A stretch of DNA of 32,000 nt, taken from NCBI GenBank assembly GCA_046497275.1, contig JAWOFX010000175.1, positions 1,993 through 33,992 of the forward strand, given 5' to 3'. Under the pieces are notes generated by a model. It was not told the origin of the DNA. It did not search any database and was given only the letters and a program-made list of their open reading frames with translations. This DNA is from Promethearchaeia archaeon. Its GTDB lineage: Archaea > Asgardarchaeota > Lokiarchaeia > Sigyniarchaeales > SOKP01. Below, piece after piece: positions 7,725 to 17,192 of the stretch (the first letter of the stretch is position 1; each line of letters opens with the position of its first letter). The position numbers and the translations under genes are program-made.

Positions 7725-8924
7725 CTACACTATTAATTCATATGCTTTTTTCCAAGCGTCTTTATTGATTTTATTAAACTTTTCCATGAAATCATCTTCC
7801 TTGAGATTTTCTTCTTGTTCAACAAGATCTCTGACATTTAAATAAATTTTTCTTTCCAAAGCATCAAATTCATTCATATAAGTTAACTTTTCTTTTTCAT
7901 TGACTTGCTTTTTGAAAGGTTCGATAAATTTTTCATGTTTTATCCAAAACCAATCTTCATCTTTTTTCTCATACGGACCTGGAGGGTTTACTTTTTGATC
8001 TTGTATCGGAAATGTATAAGGTTTATACATACTCAAACAAGGATGGTTGCTTCCTGTAAACCAATGAATTGATTTTTTCTCAGGAGGTTTTAAATGCGAA
8101 ACTTGAGAACCCACAGATTCAAAAGCACCATGCATACATATTCCAGCTTCATGCTCTCGCAAGAATTCCATCATCATATCAACTGTAATAGATCCTGCAG
8201 CATCAGTTAATAATTCTGTTGATTTTACTACTCGTGGAGTTAAAGGGATATTATCCCCGATAACTTTCGATTTGGCAAAAGTCTTAGCAAAATCAAAATC
8301 ATCATCATCTTTGCAATATTCGTTTTCAATAGCATGTTGAATAATCCCTTCTCTTCTCATGTCTCCCTTACCGCGAATTGATAAGCTATTAGATATAGCC
8401 CTTACATCCTTTACTTCCTCGACGATCCACCATTTATCAGATGTCTCTAATACATATGCTTCTTGATGATCTGCTATAATATAGGAATTATGATATAACA
8501 TTTTTCCGTTATATGCACAATTACCGCCTTGATTGTATTTTTCAAGAAGATCTATTATTGTATCAAGCGCACATTCTGCCGTTTTACATCGTTCTAATCC
8601 CAATCGTAAAAGATCCATCCCAAGTAATCCAGTTTTTCTTATTTTTTCTTTAGTATATACCGCCTCGTTGCCGATGGTTACCCCAAACTCGTTGGTACCC
8701 ATCTCCGCCCCCCACATCCACCACGGTTGGCTTAAAAGTACAGCATAGGTTTCTTTTACCTGAGGTATAGATATATAAGTGCATTCTACTTCATCTTCCT
8801 CATGAGTTCTGCGCGGTTGATGTGTTATTAATTGCACTTCATCACTCAGACGGTCACTATTTTTCCCAAAGATCGTATACTCATCTAAGGAAGCGTTTGG
8901 TAAGGATATTAAGGTATCACACAT
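7725..8924 (-). CDS. Peptidase C69 / secernin-like Ntn-hydrolase
   Basis: ATG at 8924 gives M-C-D-T-L (N-terminal Cys nucleophile), preceded by GTGA. Motifs FGKNSDR, PWWMWGAEMGTNEFGVTIGNEAV, GLLGMDLLRLGLER and QGG. Confidence 0.85.
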   Translation of the reverse strand: MCDTLISLPNASLDEYTIFGKNSDRLSDEVQLITHQPRRTHEEDEVECTYISIPQVKETYAVLLSQPWWMWGAEMGTNEFGVTIGNEAVYTKEKIRKTGLLGMDLLRLGLERCKTAECALDTIIDLLEKYNQGGNCAYNGKMLYHNSYIIADHQEAYVLETSDKWWIVEEVKDVRAISNSLSIRGKGDMRREGIIQHAIENEYCKDDDDFDFAKTFAKSKVIGDNIPLTPRVVKSTELLTDAAGSITVDMMMEFLREHEAGICMHGAFESVGSQVSHLKPPEKKSIHWFTGSNHPCLSMYKPYTFPIQDQKVNPPGPYEKKDEDWFWIKHEKFIEPFKKQVNEKEKLTYMNEFDALERKIYLNVRDLVEQEENLKEDDFMEKFNKINKDAWKKAYELIV

Positions 8925-9122
8925 AATTATCACATCGTGAAGTTTTAGAATTAATTAATTATCTTTTATTTGTTTTTAATTAGAATTGCAGTTTCTATAT
9001 TATATTATTAATCATTATTTTCTATTAACAAGAGTCCCAAATGAATAAAAATGAAATTGAGTAATTTTTATTCATTTTTCAAAGATTTTCAGTAGTAATT
9101 ATTTTGAAATCTTCTATTTGGG

Positions 9123-10313
9123 TTATTTTAAGGTTTCATGAAAAATTGAAAAAGGTGCGGCTGTGGATCTCCAGATTGCGATATCCTCAAATCCTAATAT
9201 TTCTGCAAAAGTTTTTTTTCCATTACACGTCTTTTTAACTTTTTCCCATAAATTTATTGCAACATCTTCTACTTTTTTGTCTTTCGTGATAATTGTGCTC
9301 GCATCAATATCAATATTGCTTGCCATCCAATCACAAGTCTTCGGATTTCCACAAATTTTAATTACGGGAGAAACGGGGTTTCCACAGGGACTCCCTCTTC
9401 CGGTAGTCATAATAATAATCTGCGCCCCTGCCGCTGCCAATCCTGTCATGCTTTCAACGTCCAAACCTGGTTCTATCATCAGCCAGAGACCTTTATCCTT
9501 AGGTTTTTCTGAATATTCTAATATTCCTTCAATTTGTGCGGTTCCCGCTTTCGCAATAGTACCTAATGATTTTTCCTCAATAGTGGTTAATCCCCCTTCT
9601 ATATTTCCAGGAGTTGGTTGAATTCCCCGAAAATCTATCCCAATTTTCATAGTGTTATTTAGAAAAGTATCTATAGTCTCTCTTATCTTCTCCGCAACTT
9701 TATCACTCTTAGCTCGTTCCATAAGAAGATGTTCCGTGCCTACCCATTCGGTAAATTCAGGTAGGATTGAGGTACCTCCCAGCTCCACGACTTTGTCTGA
9801 GACTATTCCTACAGCAGGATTTGCAGTAATCCCTGAGATTGAATCGGATCCTCCACATTCGAGACCTAAAATTAAATTAGAGAAATCAAAGGGCTCTCTT
9901 TTCAATTCTTTAGCTTCCTCAGCCATTTTCTGACCAATTGTGATGCCTTTATCGATAGCAGCAGTTGTCCCTCCTTGGACGTCTTGGACATCAAAATATT
10001 CTATAGGTTTTTTAGATCTTTTAATTTGCTTTCCAATTAGTTTACTCGTTATATTTTCACACCCAAGGCCGACTACAACTGTTCCAAAAACATTAGGATT
10101 TTTGCCTAATCCCACTAAAGTTCTTAAAGTATATGAAAAATCCGGTCCAAACTGTCCACACCCAAGTGGATGGGTAATCGCCACGGAATTATCAACCTTT
10201 TGTGATATTTGATCAACGACATGATTTACGCAAACCACAGATGAAATTATTGCGATTTTATTCCTGATTCCAATTTCTCCTTTCGGTCGCTCATATCCCA
10301 TGAATTCTTCCAT
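9123..10313 (-). CDS. UxaA/GarD-family dehydratase (altronate/galactarate dehydratase-like), large subunit
   Basis: GYERPKGEIGIRNK, HPLGCGQ, VGLGCE, LECGGSDSISGITANPAVG, PTPGNIEGGLTTIEEKSLG and FTTGRG-like MTTGRGSP. The start is placed at ATG 10313, which overlaps the small-subunit stop (TAATG) and follows GGAGGAGGT. Confidence 0.85.
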   Translation of the reverse strand: MEEFMGYERPKGEIGIRNKIAIISSVVCVNHVVDQISQKVDNSVAITHPLGCGQFGPDFSYTLRTLVGLGKNPNVFGTVVVGLGCENITSKLIGKQIKRSKKPIEYFDVQDVQGGTTAAIDKGITIGQKMAEEAKELKREPFDFSNLILGLECGGSDSISGITANPAVGIVSDKVVELGGTSILPEFTEWVGTEHLLMERAKSDKVAEKIRETIDTFLNNTMKIGIDFRGIQPTPGNIEGGLTTIEEKSLGTIAKAGTAQIEGILEYSEKPKDKGLWLMIEPGLDVESMTGLAAAGAQIIIMTTGRGSPCGNPVSPVIKICGNPKTCDWMASNIDIDASTIITKDKKVEDVAINLWEKVKKTCNGKKTFAEILGFEDIAIWRSTAAPFSIFHETLK

Positions 10314-10591
10314 TATTGTGCTACCTCCTCCAAATAATGACTTGTTATATTGTGCGTATGAATCCATTCTCCGATAGCAATTTCCTCAGTAGCAATACCA
10401 ATTATTTGTCCGTATTTTATAATTTTTTCTCCTTTTGTTATATTGCTGAGAGCAAATTTATGACCTAAAGGGATTTTCTGTTTAATATTGATTGATTTAT
10501 CATTAAATTTTAATAACCTACCCTTATCAATTTCTTCCAAAGAAGTTGCACAATTATCTATTTCATCCATAATTATAAATTTATTCGGCAT
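10313..10591 (-). CDS. UxaA-family SAF-domain small subunit
   Basis: 92 aa with DNCATSL, IPLGHKFAL, IIKYGQIIG and GEWIHTHN, typical of the UxaA N-terminal SAF domain. Confidence 0.88.
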   Translation of the reverse strand: MPNKFIIMDEIDNCATSLEEIDKGRLLKFNDKSINIKQKIPLGHKFALSNITKGEKIIKYGQIIGIATEEIAIGEWIHTHNITSHYLEEVAQ

Positions 10592-10759
10592 TTATTTTCA
10601 CTTGTATAAAAATATTGATTTTATTTAATTTCTATATTTTAAAATGATATATTTATCTTTTAGATTTATATTAAATCTTAGTATAATTTCCTATAATATC
10701 TTTTTATATTTTACATTATATTATATTAAGTAAAAATCATAAAATTCATTATAATAGAA

Positions 10760-11488
10760 ATGGTTGATTCGAAATCGAATGTCTTAAGTGAGTCTAAAAA
10801 AGATAAATTAAAGGAATATATTGAAAAGAAAACAGATGTAGTTGAAGCTTTAAATTCACTTATCCGCATCAGGATACTTATATTATTATGGGCATATAAA
10901 GAACAAAGTGTGAATGATTTATGTGAGAAATTAGGTAAAAGCTGGCCTACTGTGAATAAGCATCTTAAAATATTAAAAAAAGAAGGATTATTAGATTTAC
11001 GAGAAGTGAAATCACCGGGACCAAGAGATAAAAAATTATATTCTGCGAACCCAGATTTAATCAAATATACACGATTAGGATTTGAATTTTTAGATTTAGA
11101 TCCCGAGGATGTAGTAGAAATTTTGCAAGAGGATGTTAAATCTGATGGAATCACATTGGAAATAATACAAAGAATTTTTGATGACTTAATCCCTTATCAC
11201 CAAGAGCTAGAAAGAAAATTAAAAGAAATTGAGCTCACTAATGAAGCACTCAAAAATTTCTATGAAAAATCTCATGTAAATTATTATGTGGAAATTCTAG
11301 ATGAGGAAGAATTTGATTATTACTTTCAAAGATACAAAGAATTTTTAAACGATATGGAACAATATAAAGCAAAACGGAGAAAACAAAAAGGAAAAGAAGT
11401 GAATGAAAAGCCATATGCGGCTTTTCACGTAATTTTGCCTTTAAAAAAAGTTCAAGAGGCTCGTTTTAAGCGTTACTGGAATACTTGA
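10760..11488 (+). CDS. ArsR/SmtB-family winged-HTH transcriptional regulator with C-terminal extension
   Basis: RIRILILL...SVNDLCEKLGKSWPTVNKHLKILKKEGLL followed by wing KLY. It is divergent from the uxaA pair and upstream of aor. Confidence 0.82.
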   Translation: MVDSKSNVLSESKKDKLKEYIEKKTDVVEALNSLIRIRILILLWAYKEQSVNDLCEKLGKSWPTVNKHLKILKKEGLLDLREVKSPGPRDKKLYSANPDLIKYTRLGFEFLDLDPEDVVEILQEDVKSDGITLEIIQRIFDDLIPYHQELERKLKEIELTNEALKNFYEKSHVNYYVEILDEEEFDYYFQRYKEFLNDMEQYKAKRRKQKGKEVNEKPYAAFHVILPLKKVQEARFKRYWNT

Positions 11489-11853
11489 TTCTTAAATCTT
11501 AGAATTCTCCATATTATTTTAAAATATTTTTTGAATTATTGTAGATTCTAAAACACTGTTTGTGTTAAATTTCTTATATCTAAAAACTTGAAAAAGTATA
11601 TTCCAATTTTATCGAATAGAAATAGATAAAATTAATAGAAAATTTTAATATATAGATTTCAATAAATTTTTTATATAAATTAAATATCGAATTTGAAATT
11701 TGCATCAAAACTGTTGATATACTAAGATTGAAGATTTCTGACAGAATTGAAAAATTATGAGCAATTATAATTACTTTACATAACCGTTTGAAAAAGATAA
11801 TTATAAAAAGTATTCGATAGAATAGATAATAAAAAAATTTTAGAGTATACAAA

Positions 11854-13692
11854 ATGACAGGCTATATGGGAAAGATTTTATGGGTAGATTTGTCAAATGA
11901 AACCTTTGAGGAGCAAGAGATACAAGAGAAAATATATCGTGAATATTATGGCGGATATGGGCTTGCAGCTAAATTGTTATATGAAAACATGAAACCTAAA
12001 TTGGATTCTTTAAGTCCAGAAGCATTGTTAGGTTTTTTTCCTGGTTTATTAACTGGTTCTTCAGCCTCCTTAACAGGCAGATTTATGGTTGCCGGAAAGT
12101 CCCCTTTGACAGGAACATGGGGAGATGCGAATTGTGGCGGATATTTTGGACCTGAAATTAAGAAATGCGGATATGATGGCATAATTTTAAAGGGAAAAGC
12201 CTCATCACCGAAATATATTGCTCTCATTGATGGTGAAGCTAAAATTGTGGATGCATCTCAATTATGGGGTTTAGATGGCGTCGAAGTAGAGGAAAAATTG
12301 CTAGAAAAACATCCGAAATCTAAAATTGCGAGTATTGGTCAAGCAGGTGAAAACGTATCGTTAATTTCGGGAATTATTACTGATAAGGGAAGAATTGCAG
12401 CACGATCAGGCTTAGGCGCGATTATGGGGTCAAAAAAGGTCAAAGCAATTGTTCTCAAAGGAGATAAAAAAATCCAAGTTGCAGATAATAATTTAATTCT
12501 TGAAAATGCAAAAGATTATAACAAGGGAGTACAAGAAGCGGAGGCTGGTGCGATATTTTTATGGAAATCTTTGGGAACTCCGTGGCAAAACGACGTAAAT
12601 ACGAAGTTAGGAGATACACCAATTAAAAATTGGGGTGGAAATTCAGATGATCATTTTCCATTAGAAAATGTAGAACCTATCACGGGTCCAGAAATTAATA
12701 AATATAAAGAAAAAGAATATGGATGCTTTGCATGCCCTGTACGTTGTGGAGGGATTGTAAAAGTACCAGAAGCCGGCATTGAAGAGAGTCATCTTCCAGA
12801 ATATGAAACATGTGGGGCATTTGGCCATATGCTTTTGAATAATGACTTGATGTCTATATTTAAATTAAATGATCTCTGCAATAGAGCTGGAATGGATACA
12901 ATCTCAGCAGGGGGTACAATAGCATTTGCAGTTGAATGTTTTGAAAATGGAATTATTGGTTTGGATGATACAGAAGGGCTCATGTTAAAATGGGGAAATT
13001 CAGATGCTTATGTTGAATTATTGAAAAAAATGATAAATCGTCAAGGTATTGGTGATATTTTAGCAGATGGAAGTAAAAAAGCCTCGGAACAAATTGGCAA
13101 AGGAAGTGAAAAATATGCTATCCATTCATTAGGTCAAGAATTGGCAATGCATTCTCCAAAATATTATGACTCTATGGGTACCACCTATGCATTTGATCCC
13201 ACTCCCGGAAGACATACAGCAGCAGGACTTGATATGTTCTTATCAGGACCCTTATCGCGCTCTAATGGATATATCGAAGGGTTTCAACTTCCAAGAAAGT
13301 ATAAAAGAAAACCAAAACCACGAGCAGAAGCGTTTAAAATGGTTGTCGGACTTGCTCAATCTCTTAGCTGTTTAGGTGTATGTCAATTTACACTTTACTT
13401 TCAGAAATATCCGTTACTGGAATTTATCAAAGGAGTTACAGGGTGGGATATCGGTGTTAATGAATTAATAAAAACAGGTCTAAGAATTCAAAATTTAAGA
13501 GAAGCGTTCACTCTGAGAGAAGGAGTTGAGATTGCAGATAATGAAATACCAAAAAGAGCTGTGGGGATTAACTATAAGAATGAATATGAGCGTTTATGCC
13601 AAGAATTAGGTTGGAATCCTGAAAATGGATATCCTTTAAAAGAAACTCTTCAAGATTTAAATCTTGATTTTGTAATTGATACACTATATTAA
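11854..13692 (+). CDS. aor: Tungsten-type aldehyde:ferredoxin oxidoreductase family protein
   Basis: 612 aa with GKILWVDLS, KSPLTG, ANCGG, AARSGLGAIMGSKKVKAI, CFACPVRC (4Fe-4S), PEYET, GMDTISAG and GVCQF. Confidence 0.92.
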   Translation: MTGYMGKILWVDLSNETFEEQEIQEKIYREYYGGYGLAAKLLYENMKPKLDSLSPEALLGFFPGLLTGSSASLTGRFMVAGKSPLTGTWGDANCGGYFGPEIKKCGYDGIILKGKASSPKYIALIDGEAKIVDASQLWGLDGVEVEEKLLEKHPKSKIASIGQAGENVSLISGIITDKGRIAARSGLGAIMGSKKVKAIVLKGDKKIQVADNNLILENAKDYNKGVQEAEAGAIFLWKSLGTPWQNDVNTKLGDTPIKNWGGNSDDHFPLENVEPITGPEINKYKEKEYGCFACPVRCGGIVKVPEAGIEESHLPEYETCGAFGHMLLNNDLMSIFKLNDLCNRAGMDTISAGGTIAFAVECFENGIIGLDDTEGLMLKWGNSDAYVELLKKMINRQGIGDILADGSKKASEQIGKGSEKYAIHSLGQELAMHSPKYYDSMGTTYAFDPTPGRHTAAGLDMFLSGPLSRSNGYIEGFQLPRKYKRKPKPRAEAFKMVVGLAQSLSCLGVCQFTLYFQKYPLLEFIKGVTGWDIGVNELIKTGLRIQNLREAFTLREGVEIADNEIPKRAVGINYKNEYERLCQELGWNPENGYPLKETLQDLNLDFVIDTLY

Positions 13693-13693
13693 A

Positions 13694-13718
13694 TTTATTT
13701 TTTTCTCTTTATTTTTTT
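13694..13718 (+). terminator. Oligo(T) archaeal terminator candidate after aor
   Basis: TTTATTTTTTTCTCTTTATTTTTTT immediately follows the TAA. An A-rich tract near 13777-13801 gives the equivalent signal for the convergent aminotransferase. Confidence 0.45.
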
Positions 13719-13802
13719 AATTTTAAGCAGTATTAATCAAATAGCAATTTAAATTCTCTATTTCTAGAGATCTTGTAAATAAAAGTAGTAAAATGAAAAA
13801 AT

Positions 13803-15221
13803 TTAGTATTTTGGTATTAGATTTAGTATTTTATCAAAAGCTTCTACGAATTTATCATTTTCATCACATGTATGCTGGAAACACGTAAAAGCTCTATTTC
13901 CATATTTCGTAATTATTCCTTCAGACAAAAGAACCGTTGCGATATCATCAACACATTTTTTTCTGAATACGGCTTTTGGTATATTATTTGCATCTCTTAT
14001 ATCCATAGCAACGGGAGAGTAAGTCTCATAATGAATACATGATTTATAATTATAGGCGAAATATGGGCGTTCATGCTCTTCGAATAGTTTATTAAGTTTC
14101 TTTACTAAATCATCCCCAGCTTTAGCTGCTTTCTCTACTGCATTAGTTTCTTCTATTAGTTTGATTGTCCAGTATGTGGCTGCTACAGAAAGAGGGTTCC
14201 CCCTAATGGTTCCCCCGATAAACGCATGTTTTCCTCCCGTTTCTACATCTCCAGTAAACAAGTCCATTATTTCTTTTCTTCCTCCAATTGCTCCTGTTGA
14301 TGGGTATCCGTGTGTAAGAATCTTCCCAAACACTGTAATATCAGGTTTAACTCCAAAATAGTCTTGTGCTCCACCTAATCCCATTCTAAACCCAGTCACT
14401 ACCTCGTCAAAAATTAATAAGACCTCATACTCATCGCATAATTCCCTTATTTGCTTATTAAAATCAGGTGGTATTGGGATTGATCCAGATTCTGCTCCAA
14501 GTGGTTCTACTAAAACTGCCGCTACTCCCGCTCGTTTTTCACTATATTTCTTTAAGGCTTCTTCTAATGCATCAATATCCGCCGGAGGAATACTTACAGT
14601 GTCTTTATAACAACCCCGAGGTATTCCATCAGCTTCCATTGTCCCTGAATAAGGAATATGGATGTCAGTCATTAATTGATCACTCCATCCATGATAAGAT
14701 CCGCTAAATTTAATAATTTTATCTTTCCCTGTATAAACGCGAGCAAGGCGTATAGCTGCCATATCTGCTTCAGTTCCCGATTGAAAATAAGTCACTTTTT
14801 CTACAGAGGGGACATGCTTCGTGAGAAGTTGGAGTGCTTTGAGTTCTATTTCAGTATTCCAGTAGGTATTCGGATCAAGATCATCTAGAAGTTTCTGCAT
14901 TTCCTCCCTTAATGGGGGATATGAATGCCCTAAAATACACGCACCAGCACTCATCAAATAATCAATATATTCATTATTATCCACGTCCCACATCCTTGTA
15001 CCTAAATTCTTTTTCATCGTTATTGCGAACGGATCTTTAATGACTAACTGATGTTGCGTACCCCCAGGAATCAGGTCTTTAATTTTTTCATAGATCTCAC
15101 TAGATTTCGGGGCTTTTTGAGTAATTTTCTTTCTAACTTTTGACATTTCCTCTTCAGGGATACCTTTACAAGGATTTTCAGTTATAACCTTTAATCGTTT
15201 TCTAATCTCTTCATATTCCAT
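13803..15221 (-). CDS. Class III PLP aminotransferase (glutamate-1-semialdehyde aminomutase-like)
   Basis: WDVDNNEYIDY, SGTEADMAAIRLAR, SYHG, FDEVVTGFR and PLP lysine in FGKIL. ATG at 15221 (alternative TTG at 15227). It differs from HemL signature segments (GGTQHQ, GKILTHGYP). Confidence 0.85.
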   Translation of the reverse strand: MEYEEIRKRLKVITENPCKGIPEEEMSKVRKKITQKAPKSSEIYEKIKDLIPGGTQHQLVIKDPFAITMKKNLGTRMWDVDNNEYIDYLMSAGACILGHSYPPLREEMQKLLDDLDPNTYWNTEIELKALQLLTKHVPSVEKVTYFQSGTEADMAAIRLARVYTGKDKIIKFSGSYHGWSDQLMTDIHIPYSGTMEADGIPRGCYKDTVSIPPADIDALEEALKKYSEKRAGVAAVLVEPLGAESGSIPIPPDFNKQIRELCDEYEVLLIFDEVVTGFRMGLGGAQDYFGVKPDITVFGKILTHGYPSTGAIGGRKEIMDLFTGDVETGGKHAFIGGTIRGNPLSVAATYWTIKLIEETNAVEKAAKAGDDLVKKLNKLFEEHERPYFAYNYKSCIHYETYSPVAMDIRDANNIPKAVFRKKCVDDIATVLLSEGIITKYGNRAFTCFQHTCDENDKFVEAFDKILNLIPKY

Positions 15222-15285
15222 TTTCAAATAACCTTTATTATTAATTTTTTTTAATTATTCATTTTATATTCTAAATTATATGTTT

Positions 15286-16995
15286 TTAGGAGCGTCTTAT
15301 TCTCAAATGTGAAGCTTTTGGGTCAATGACCAAGTCAATAACCATTGCTTCCTTTGAATTAAGTCCTTCTTCTATTCCAGATTTCAAATCTTTATATTTC
15401 TCTATCCTTAAAGATTTAATATCCATTCCGTTTGCAATGTTTGCAAAATTAGTATCATAAAACTTTGCTAGATCTCTGCCTTTACGTGAGAGAACGTCTT
15501 GTACGTTTCCTAAATTTCTATCATTGAATACAAAGAATGAAATCGGTAAATCATGTTCTTTGACGGTATCTAAAGCGTAAAGAACCATCAAGAAACTACT
15601 GTCCCCAACTATGTTTATAATCTTTTTATCTTGTTTTAATAATTGAGCTGCCAGACTTGCATTGGGACCATATCCCATTCCAGCGACCCCACCAGCTCCA
15701 TAAATTTGACCCGGATATTTTGATTGAAATAATTTAGTAAACCACATACGATTATTACCTGCGTCAAGAACTAATAAATCATCTTCCGTTGTTAATTCAT
15801 TGAACAATTTTACTATACTTTCTGGTTGGATTGGATCTTCTGTATCATTGTAATGCTCACTCGTAAAAAACTCAAATTTTGGATCTTGCTTCAATTCTTT
15901 CAATTTGGATATTCTCTCATTTACATTATAAGGAAAATAGTTAATTTTAGCCTTTATTTTATCAATGATTTTTTTTAATGCTATTTTTGCATCCGAGGTT
16001 ACTGCGATATTTGCAGGATAAGTCCACGCGGCATTCCGCGGTTCAATATCAATATGAATAAGTTTCTGTTTTTTTACATTGATAAATTCAGGGCTACAAT
16101 TATTTGTATTATCTGGTGCCAAACAGGTTCCAACTGCTAAAATTAAATCTGCATTTTGTATTCGATTATCAGCTAATTCTTGACCAAAACTAGCCATCAC
16201 TCCTAAAGCAAGGTCATGTGTTTCTGGAATAATTGCTTTTCCCATATAGGAGGTAGCGACAGGCATTCCTATTAGTTCCGCTAACTCCTTTACTTCTTCA
16301 TAGGCACCAGAAGCATGCGTCCCTCTCCCACAAATCATAACTGGACTTGCAGCTGCAATCAATACATTTGCTATTTTTTCTGCATCCAAATTTGATATGC
16401 TTGGTGGACTCACATCAAGATGACCTTCAATAGAATATAATGGTACCTCCATTTCGTCTTCTTCCACAACAGATGTCATAATATTCCACCTGGTAATCAC
16501 GCATGCAGGTCCTGGACGTCCAGTAGTTGCATGTTTAATAGCCATTTGAACAGCATATGGTAATTCTTGCGGTACATTTGCGAAAGCAGTATATTTTGTC
16601 ATAGACCTATACATATTTAGCAAATCAACTGTTCCGTATTCACCAGTCCCACTCTGATAGCACGCTTGAAGACTATTCCCATGATAATCCGACATTTCTG
16701 TTAAAATTACCATGGGAACACCAGCATGATAAGCTTCCACTATTCCTAACCCTCCATTTGTAGCCATGAATACTCCCTGTCCAATTACAATAGCAGGTTT
16801 TCGGGTAAGCCGACCATGCATGTCAGCCATAATTGATGCAGATGCCTCATGATGAGTAATAATAGTGGTGAATTGATCACTTCTTTTATAGAACTCTTCT
16901 AATAAGAAATTTGAAACTCCTCCCGGTAGTCCAAATACGTATTTAATCCCAGCATCATACACAGTATCACAAATCATATCTATAACTCTACGCAT
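15286..16995 (-). CDS. Thiamine diphosphate-dependent enzyme, acetolactate synthase/POX-like family
   Basis: VFGLPGG, catalytic Glu in HHEASA, GRPGP, central domain ICGRG, HIDIEP, and a ThDP-binding motif GDSSF...ND. ATG preceded by AAGGAG. Confidence 0.85.
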   Translation of the reverse strand: MRRVIDMICDTVYDAGIKYVFGLPGGVSNFLLEEFYKRSDQFTTIITHHEASASIMADMHGRLTRKPAIVIGQGVFMATNGGLGIVEAYHAGVPMVILTEMSDYHGNSLQACYQSGTGEYGTVDLLNMYRSMTKYTAFANVPQELPYAVQMAIKHATTGRPGPACVITRWNIMTSVVEEDEMEVPLYSIEGHLDVSPPSISNLDAEKIANVLIAAASPVMICGRGTHASGAYEEVKELAELIGMPVATSYMGKAIIPETHDLALGVMASFGQELADNRIQNADLILAVGTCLAPDNTNNCSPEFINVKKQKLIHIDIEPRNAAWTYPANIAVTSDAKIALKKIIDKIKAKINYFPYNVNERISKLKELKQDPKFEFFTSEHYNDTEDPIQPESIVKLFNELTTEDDLLVLDAGNNRMWFTKLFQSKYPGQIYGAGGVAGMGYGPNASLAAQLLKQDKKIINIVGDSSFLMVLYALDTVKEHDLPISFFVFNDRNLGNVQDVLSRKGRDLAKFYDTNFANIANGMDIKSLRIEKYKDLKSGIEEGLNSKEAMVIDLVIDPKASHLRIRRS

Positions 16996-17192
16996 TTTGT
17001 ATCTCCTTTTTCATTAATATTAATCTATTTTAAATAGAGAATAATTCATATATATATAAAAAAATTATATTTAATTTTTTGATATAATTCTTTTAATTAT
17101 TATTTTACTTAAAATTTATTGATATAATAATATTATCTTTGTTATTCTATTAAATGAATATTTAATATAGATATTAATTGGGAAATTAAATT

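Noticed and set aside
11580-11852. 90-aa minus-strand ORF in the ArsR-aor intergenic region
   Set aside because: Phe/Ile/Tyr-rich composition of AT-rich promoter DNA, with no SD and no recognisable motif.
13651-13666. Perfect 16-bp palindrome CAAGATTTAAATCTTG
   Set aside because: It lies inside the aor coding sequence, occurs once, and is expected by chance in AT-rich DNA of this length.
13803-15221. hemL (GSA aminomutase) call
   Set aside because: The family fits, but HemL signature segments differ and no heme-pathway genes are adjacent. It is reported as a generic class III aminotransferase.
9123-16995. Organosulfonate pathway reading (SuyAB + Xsc + Tpa families)
   Set aside because: The three families are present, but the large subunit carries UxaA-type Cys motifs (SVVCVN, HPLGCGQ, GLGCE) rather than the SuyB motifs I recall. 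No sulfite export or phosphotransacetylase gene is nearby. Not excluded, but unsupported.
15286-16995. ilvB (acetolactate synthase) call
   Set aside because: No small subunit or ilv genes are nearby and the motifs deviate.
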